From assembly GCF_964355755.1 (NCBI RefSeq), contig NC_092680.1:310001-374000 (forward strand): a stretch of 64,000 nucleotides of DNA, in the 5' to 3' direction. The number at the start of each line of letters is the position of its first letter. Positions within the stretch are counted from its first letter, which is position 1. This stretch comes from Antedon mediterranea. Its lineage: Eukaryota; Animalia; Echinodermata. The translations under genes were made by a program, and so were the position numbers. The notes beneath the pieces were generated by a model. It had not been told where the DNA came from. It made no database searches and was given only the letters and a program-made list of their open reading frames with translations. This document shows, in pieces, positions 57,201 through 64,000 of this stretch.

Positions 57201-59307
57201 TGCAACTTCTGCTTTATTCAATTAAATCATTCATTTACTTCCTGGTAATAGTTTTATCTAACTAAAATAATCACTGTCTAATTCAATGAATAACCACCTA
57301 AAAGTGTAGGAGGTGGTTAGAAACTACATGAGATTTTAACTTTAAAATTGGATTTTATTTTACCCTCAGCTAGCAGAACACATTAACTCCTTCCTTATTA
57401 ATATTATACACACTCATAATAAAGACTACCAGAGGAATACGCTAAAGGCAAATTTACACAGACGAGTGGTAACGGTATCCATAGCTAGTCCCACGTACAA
57501 TCTGTATCTGTCCTGAGCAAAACCACCCGTCCGCTTCATGTTGTGTGTAAATGGTCATAACATAGATTCTATATTTTTACTATTGTTACGGCTCGTATGT
57601 GTAAATTGGTCATTCTTCATTATACTATCAATTACATACTCAGAAATGATATTTCATCCAAACATCTTACTGTTACAGAAAGAAAATACTGCAAATTTTC
57701 CTACAAGCTTTTCTAGTTGCTCGAGTAGTTCCAAATTACAGCCAATGCAAAGCGTTGGTGATGACAACACCACATGGAAAATCACCTCCGTCCAATAGTA
57801 AACAAGTAACTACTGTACAGTACCTGCCTCAACCCAAATGTTTTAAATTATTTTTTCCGTTATCAAATCTGGCTTATTAAGTATTTTATTAAAGGCAGTT
57901 TATACAGTATTTTTGTTCTATAAACTGCATTATTTTATTTGGTTTTGCGTTAACCTCATGCGAAGAGAGAAGATCAGCTACTGTATTATTTTATTTGGTT
58001 TTGCGTTAACCTCATGCGAAGAGAGAAGATCAGCTACTGTATTATTTTATTTGGTTTTGCGTTAACCTCATGCGAAGAGAGAAGATCAGCTACTGTATTA
58101 TTTTATTTGGTTTTGCGTTAACCTCATGCGAAGAGAAAAGATCAGCTACTGTATTATTTTATTTGGTTTTGCGTTAACCTCATGCGAAGAGAAAAGATCA
58201 GCTACTGTATTATTTTATTTGGTTTTGCGTTAACCTCATGCGAAGAGAAAAGATCAGCTACTGTATTATTTTATTTGGTTTTGCGTTAACCTCATGCGAA
58301 GAGAAAAGATCAGCTACTGTATTATTTTATTTGGTTTTGCGTTAACCTCATGCGAAGAGAAAAGATCAGCTACTGTATTATTATTTCCACCGAAAATATC
58401 TGTGTTTACCATTATTTTTAAAGGGAAATTGATATTATAATGTTAACATTATACCATTGAGGTACTTTAAAACAAATTTTTTTGTCGTCAACAGCTGGTA
58501 CAAATGCACAAAATGGACACATATCGAAGAATGATATCACTACAGTAGCTTAAATTCTTATTGTTAGATGTTAACAAATCAGTTAAATGCTAAAAAAGGT
58601 TTTATAAAAGGATACTTACGAAAGATATTAATGAGAAAAAAACACAATAGCACACTGTTTTAAATACATTTTTTATTTTTTCAGATTTACAATTTTTAAC
58701 ATTTAGAAAAAAATATTGATGACAGAAATAACCAGTCCTGGGCATACATATGTACACATTATTCAATAAAATAATTTTAATACATAACAGAACATAATAT
58801 ATTATTTATATTCTATGCAGCATGCAATTCAAAACATTAAACAATCATTCAAAAGGGTTTCGAGGAGCCACTAACTGACTAAAGAGAGCTAAACCGATTA
58901 TGCAATATTGGTAATCAAACTAATTTTTAAGTTGAGAAACATAGTTTTGTATTGTATTTTTTGCTACACAATTTTCAAAATGTGTAGCAATAAGGTTGTT
59001 TTGTATAGCTCTTTTCTATGCTACACTGGTGAAAATGTTCCCTGACTGAACTGTCATAAACAATCGTAATACAGTAACCACTGTTTATCAATCAGGATGC
59101 CGTTCATCACAGAAACACGTATGTGAGTGAGTGGGTAGGCATGCCTGCGAACCTAACCTAGCTAGCTAGCTACACACAGACTCAGTCAGTACATACAGTA
59201 GGCCTAGGAAATTGGCATGATTAAACCATCAAATAAAACCAATACTTTACCTGAAACGGATTAGATTCTTGTGGGTCAGCAAATGGATTACTATCAAAGT
59301 CAGCCAT
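39296..59307 (-). CDS. SCAMP1: Secretory carrier-associated membrane protein (SCAMP1-like, NPF-containing); exons 59307-59251, 49744-49661, 49031-48927, 48530-48422, 48038-47910, [47043-46881 or 46726-46561], 45614-45513, [44148-44019 or 42943-42811 or 41972-41834 or 41281-41143], 39475-39296
   Basis: [96 protein letters not shown]; all junctions GT/AG and phase-consistent. Confidence 0.95.
40235..40606. repeat. 21-bp satellite, about 18 copies, palindromic TACCCGGGTA core
   Basis: Unit aacttacccgggtagatcagc; explains ORFs 40216..40686 and 40218..40484. Confidence 0.95.
41143..41281 (-). CDS. SCAMP1: SCAMP alternative exon 8d (139 nt): [46 protein letters not shown]
   Basis: Acceptor cattag, donor AAG/gtatgg, phase 2 to 0, open frame. 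Confidence 0.88.
41834..41972 (-). CDS. SCAMP1: SCAMP alternative exon 8c (139 nt): [46 protein letters not shown]
   Basis: Acceptor tattag, donor AAG/gtataa, phase 2 to 0; absent from the supplied ORF track. Confidence 0.87.
42811..42943 (-). CDS. SCAMP1: SCAMP alternative exon 8b (133 nt): [44 protein letters not shown]
   Basis: Acceptor ttgacag, donor AAG/gtattt, phase 2 to 0. Confidence 0.87.
44019..44148 (-). CDS. SCAMP1: SCAMP alternative exon 8a (130 nt): [43 protein letters not shown]
   Basis: Acceptor ctggcag, donor AAG/gtgatc, phase 2 to 0. Confidence 0.87.
44707..44830. mobile_element. Tc1/mariner (pogo-like) MITE
   Basis: taccgtatttatttgaa / ttcaaataaatacagta with TA ends; relatives near 6450-6573 and 8560-8640. 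Confidence 0.7.
44959..45367. mobile_element. 409-bp non-autonomous TIR element, P/Galileo-like
   Basis: Perfect 32-bp TIR caaagaacttataacacaagaatctcctgttc; exact 7-bp TSD GTTGTAT; CA..TG ends; internal tandem duplication. Confidence 0.85.
46083..46345 (-). mobile_element. L2/CR1-type LINE 3' end fragment
   Basis: Minus frame [35 protein letters not shown] followed by an aggcgctatacaaat tail. Confidence 0.75.
46561..46726 (-). CDS. SCAMP1: SCAMP alternative exon 6b (166 nt): [55 protein letters not shown]
   Basis: Acceptor catttcag, donor AG/gtaaag, phase 1 to 2. Confidence 0.92.
46881..47043 (-). CDS. SCAMP1: SCAMP alternative exon 6a (163 nt): [54 protein letters not shown]
   Basis: Acceptor tctttcag, donor AG/gtgagc, phase 1 to 2; the supplied ORF track shows the wrong frame. 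Confidence 0.9.
47123..47271. mobile_element. hAT-like MITE with 5-bp TSD
   Basis: TIR caggtgcggatcca / tggatccaccactg; ACAGC on both flanks. Confidence 0.75.
49107..49192. repeat. 20-bp repeat x4
   Basis: Unit caatgaaacatgcttaagca. Confidence 0.9.
49868..50039. repeat. ~81-bp direct duplication containing a MITE-like end
   Basis: tatttgtgcgag..ctggatccgttcctg..catgc occurs twice. Confidence 0.8.
53132..53330. repeat. 68-bp tandem repeat x3
   Basis: Unit begins tgtaaagaagagcatagctaacaacc. Confidence 0.92.
53396..53598 (+). CDS. Candidate plus-strand exon antisense within SCAMP intron 1, possibly an upstream AP3B exon
   Basis: Acceptor tttaatacag, donor AAG/gtaatt, open coding-like frame ..[43 protein letters not shown]; in frame with the AP3B acceptor at 59778. 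Confidence 0.5.
53638..53884. mobile_element. pogo/Tigger-like MITE
   Basis: taccatatatcctcgggtacaatc / gattatatcagaggatatacacggta. Confidence 0.65.
54469..56184. mobile_element. 1.7-kb non-autonomous TIR element with 5-bp TSD (hAT-like)
   Basis: Perfect 15-bp TIR ctacgctcgcgctaa / ttagcgcgagcgtag; CTACC on both flanks; subterminal ttcgccaa..tggcgaa palindromes; CpG-rich interior. Confidence 0.82.
56650..56912. repeat. 80-bp tandem repeat x3
   Basis: acagtacaataacaaggag at 56671, 56751, 56831. Confidence 0.9.
57924..58382. repeat. 56-bp minisatellite x8
   Basis: Unit actgtattattttatttggttttgcgttaacctcatgcgaagag(a/g)aagatcagct. Confidence 0.95.
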
Positions 59308-59684
59308 GGCTTAAAATAGTTGATTTGAAGATGTTTTCTGATCAGAAATCAAAGATTTTACCTAAATGTTCGTTGATGATGGCATAAACCACAAACTGAG
59401 TTTGCGTAATGACCGCCGATAATGACCCACACGTGAGAATTATGTCATTATAAGTAATAAATCGGTTTTCAATATTCTTTATTAAGAACATTTTAAGTCA
59501 GTTTGAAAATAATATACAAATCAAATAAATATAAAAATATGATTCTAACACTATAAATGTTTTTTTAGTAAGAGTTTGTATCCAGTAAATATAATACTAT
59601 TTTTACCTAAACGGTGAAAGGTCATACTGAATGACATAGGGAGGCCTAAGCTAGATAAAAGAACACAGAATTCCCGTGAAATTG
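59308..59684. promoter_or_regulatory. Bidirectional promoter and 5' UTRs of SCAMP and AP3B
   Basis: Start codons 482 nt apart; AP3B non-coding exon donor ttg/gtaagg at 59684; CACGTGA E-box at 59430. Confidence 0.7.
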
Positions 59685-59789
59685 GTAAGGCACTCCCAAA
59701 TTTGTATTAAGAGATGGTTAGAATTAATAATTTTGTGTGCGATTAATTAAATATGATAATATAATTCGTTTTTATAGGACTACGACGAC

Positions 59790-62700
59790 ATGACGTCCAG
59801 TAGTAGTATGGTGTCTTACGCCAACGAACGTCCACATCACTTGGTGGGCGGTAACAGTAGTGGCGGTGGTGGTGGTGGAGGTTCGACAGGTGATGCGGAT
59901 GAGGCTAGCGATCCAGCTCGTGGAGGCTTCTTTGCAGCAGATTATAAAAAGTATAATAATATCACCATGATCGATTGTATTTTGTTACCTTGGATATTTA
60001 ATTTTATGTTGATTAATTTTCATAATTTATATTAATAATACTAAACTAAATAATTAATATTTTGTTATTAATAAATAAAAGATCAGTCAGAATAAAGAAT
60101 GAGAACGCATCATTAATTATTCATCATGTTTCGTCCCAATTTAGGCCAATAACAAATTCTTGTTTATGGGGTTGGGTGCGTGGGTTGGGATGCATTGTCA
60201 TAATAGGAAATGTAAAGCCATCAGCAACCACCTCAAACTTGATATGTATATGTGTAATTAACCGTAAAAATAAGGCATTAGAGACGCATGATAATGATTG
60301 CAATATTTATTTTTTTTAGCCAGTTTTTTTTTTCTATAAAAAGATCTCAATTAATATCAAATTTAGTAATTCTATTTTATTGTAAGATGTTTTCTTATAT
60401 CACATATTTTTTGTTTTTGTTCAGTAATGTTGGTTTTGGACCAATAAAACAAAATAAATAACAATATTATGTTTTTCTAATTGTTAGTTTAATTGTTATT
60501 TTTAGACATGAAGATCTTAAGTCAATGCTTGATAGTAACAAAGATGGGTTAAAGCTGGAAGCAATGAAACGTATCATTGGAGTAAGTACTAACAAAACGT
60601 TAGTTATACTGCATGTTTGCTTTCATCATTCCTCATATTATTTTTTTATTGAGTAATAATAATTAATTTGAACATACTTTTGTAACAGTGGCACACTTCG
60701 ATATGAAGGTTCATTGTACAATCAAAACCACATTACAATGCTAACTATAAAATGTACAACAATAATAATAAAAATGTAATAATAATAATGAAAACCAAAC
60801 AGTACCCCCCCCCCCCCCGATATTTATCGATATTTACCCACCCCCTCCCTCCCAGTATTGTTTGAGATAGAGTGGTCAATTAGGTCAAAAGTCATGTATG
60901 AATGGCTTTACACTCTACCAGCTATTCAAGTATCAACTTATTCCACCATATCAAAATAATAATATAATAATGTATAATAACAAAGGTTGGTGAGGGTGAC
61001 CATCACTACTACTGTAGGATTTTATCAGAAAATATTGAGCCATTTTTATTACATAATAATATTGTTTAAAGGTTTGCATAGTGAATAAACACTATCAATG
61101 AAGTATAAGAAATAGTTAAATTGTATTCTTTACATTAAAATAACAAATTGACAAGTCCTTTTCAAATGATACAGACACTCAGCATTGTGTCATCAGTATT
61201 GTATGCTAAAACACCCTAACTCTATCAGTGTGAACAGGGCTTTAATGCTATTATACTAATTGAATAGTAGGGCCTTTACCCTTAAGCTAGAAGATTATGT
61301 GACAAAAAAGTGTGATGTGCCCATATGGTAGTGATGTGCCCAAGTTTGTTTAGTGATATGACACTATCATGTCCATATATGGGCATATAATCTTTTTGTC
61401 AAATGATCTTGATAGTGTAGACAGAGCTTAATACCAATTGAAGAGTATATTGTTAGATATAATCAATATCTTTCAGATAATGTACAGAGCTATTCAATTA
61501 CATGGTTGATTGAATCTGTGCAGATGTAGGTTTACATACACTGAGTTGCACTGTGAATAGAATTAAAACTACTTTGATTTAATTTATAATAATACTGTAT
61601 TGGATTGTTCCACAGTGTAATAGTAGCAGTAACCTCATTAGCATAAACTGCCAGGTTAATTAGCATAATCCATAGCTTTAATTTAACACTAAACTTGCTT
61701 TTTGCCTTTAATTATAATGATAACATTAATCTATATTATTTTTTGCACTGAAGCTCTGCAATATTTTGTGACTGTTTTATTTGTCATTTTGATTTAGCTT
61801 TTTGCTTATTTTATTTGTATTTTCATTGAGATCCAGCCACTGATATATTAACATTAAATCATAACATCAATTGTTGGGTTTTTTTCAGATGATTGCTAAA
61901 GGCAAAGATGCATCTGATTTATTCGCTGCAGTTGTAAAAAATGTTGTCTCTAAAAATATTGAGGTAAAAGTAACCATAATAATAAATTTGTGTTTTTCAT
62001 ACTGTAAAGGCAAAAATGTTCGCACCTCCGTCATTTTCCTTATGCGTATGTAGAATGTAAAAATAATTTGATCTTTATTTAATCTTTTTTCAGATTAAAA
62101 AGTTGGTTTATGTTTATCTTGTACGTTATGCTGAAGAACAGCAGGACCTTGCTCTGCTATCAATTAGTACATTCCAAAAAGCACTCAAGGTAATTCGATC
62201 ATTTTTCTACCAAATATAAAGTTAAAACCTCCTGATAAGCATGTTTTCTTGTGACAATTATCCTTAGCAATAGGTCTAAAATAGAATAATAATGAAAATT
62301 AATGTAAGTGAGAAAATAACCTGCAATTGCTCACAGGTGTGGACGACAATCAGGATAATAACTATAAAATTTTAGGCGCTATCGTGCGGACAAACAAAGA
62401 AAGTACTTGTTTGTAATATTAATTGCTATCCACAATACAATACATTATGATTTGAAATTACCAAAATCATACAGAAACTAAATAATTATAACTGTATACT
62501 TTCTGTGTATATACAGGATCCAAACCAGTTTATTCGAGCATCAGCTCTACGAGTTTTGTCTTCGATTCGAGTAACCATCATCATTCCAATCATGATGCTT
62601 GCGTTAAAAGACAGCGTGACAGACATGTCGCCATATGTGAGAAAGACGGCCGCGCATGCCATCCCGAAAATGTACAGCCTGGATCCAGAACAAAGAGATC

Positions 62701-63689
62701 AACTCATAGAAGTTATTGAAAAACTACTCTCAGATAAAACAACAGTAAGCATTTTTTCTTAATTTTTTATTTACTATACAAATAAATAATACTAAACTTG
62801 ATCTGCATATATATTTCAAGAACTCATTTATTTTTGTAGTGATTATGTTTTATTTTAAAAAAATATATAATGTTGATATGTATAATCAAATAAATACCCC
62901 CTAGAACAAATATAAAACAATTAATATCAAGAAGTTCAATTTTTGGAATTAATGAGGATCGTAGTGTTAAATCAATTAATCATAAATATTTCACCTCTCT
63001 GACACAATTGTTTACTTTTATCAGTTGGTAGCTGGAAGTGTTGTGATGGCTTTTGAAGAGGTTTGTCCTGAAAGAATCGACCTAGTTCACAAGAATTTTC
63101 GCAAACTCTGCAATTTGTTGATCGATGTGGAAGAGTGGGGACAGATTTCAATCATCAATATGTTGACACGTTATGCCCGCACCCAATTTCTAGATCCAAA
63201 CAAAGCTGTAAGTATGGGTTTTTTTTATTAATAATTAGTAAACACATTTTTTAGCTAATTTTCTTTTTTATGATGAAAATTTTTTTTTTTTTTTTTATTA
63301 AACAAATTTGTACAAATATCATAGTAGTTTTGCAGAAAGATGAAATAAGCAAGTTACCTCACTACTGAGCTACCATGTCACTACTACATGTTTGATCCAA
63401 AACATGACTGGGGTAATAATGTGCAGCGCATTGAGAGCTTGGTTATATACGCTATATAAGAATGGACTATTATTATTATTATTAGTAATACATTTTTCCT
63501 AACTCCAACCTCTTTAAGGATTACATTCAAGAAGAAAATGAAAAATCATTTTATGGATCTGAAGATGATGAAAAAAAGGAGGATGAAGGCGAAGAAGAAG
63601 GAGAAAAGAAAATACCATATGTAATGGATGCTGATCATAGACTGTTGCTAAGGAGTGCCAAGCCATTGCTACAAAGCAGAAACTCAGCT
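59790..63689 (+). CDS. AP3B: AP-3 complex subunit beta, 5' part; exons 59790-59950, 60506-60581, 61889-61963, 62094-62189, 62517-62744, 63025-63207, 63519-63689; continues beyond the window
   Basis: [107 protein letters not shown]; phases consistent. Confidence 0.96.
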
Positions 63690-64000
63690 GTAAGTTATTA
63701 GGGAGCGTTACTTTGCACCAACCGCCGACCATCCCCTGCCTAGGTAAGGTCAATCGGCCAATTGTCAAATGAGACTGCCCAAAATGGCCGCTTTTTCCTG
63801 ATCAAATTTTGTGCAACCCTTCCATTTTATGTTTTTGATACACCAATGAATAACTGCCAAGTTTTAGAATGTTATCACAATTTTCCTCAAATAAGCATCT
63901 TGACAGGCCTACTTCTTTTGTATAATAAACAAGATGACTATTACGGTTAGCTCAGGTTAGCTCAGTCGACTGCTTTTATCCCATAAGGACAGTGATATCA

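Noticed and set aside
63511-63518. AAG acceptor in AP3B (also NCX at 7409)
   Set aside because: Uncommon but ordinary; the frame is consistent, so not a novel signal

Overview
AT-rich, intron-rich animal (invertebrate-like) nuclear DNA, not prokaryotic. Four spliced protein-coding genes can be built by hand. (1) The 5' half of an SLC8/NCX-type Na+/Ca2+ exchanger on the minus strand, running off the left edge. (2) A complete ZNF474/ZC2HC-like C2HC zinc-finger gene on the plus strand, with a 15-nt microexon. (3) A complete SCAMP gene on the minus strand. (4) The 5' part of the AP-3 beta subunit gene on the plus strand, head-to-head with SCAMP. The standout is SCAMP. It carries two arrays of tandemly duplicated, phase-matched, apparently mutually exclusive exons: 2 variants of the TM1-loop-TM2-E-peptide exon and 4 variants of the loop-TM4 exon. 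This gives up to 8 isoforms differing in both lumenal/extracellular loops. Also notable: an antisense exon inside SCAMP intron 1 that would splice in frame onto AP3B, hAT-type elements with 5-bp target duplications, and X-box-like motifs near NCX and ZNF474. The rest is MITEs, LINE/SINE remnants and minisatellites. All splice models are inferred from GT/AG sites, reading phase and remembered family sequences; there is no transcript evidence.
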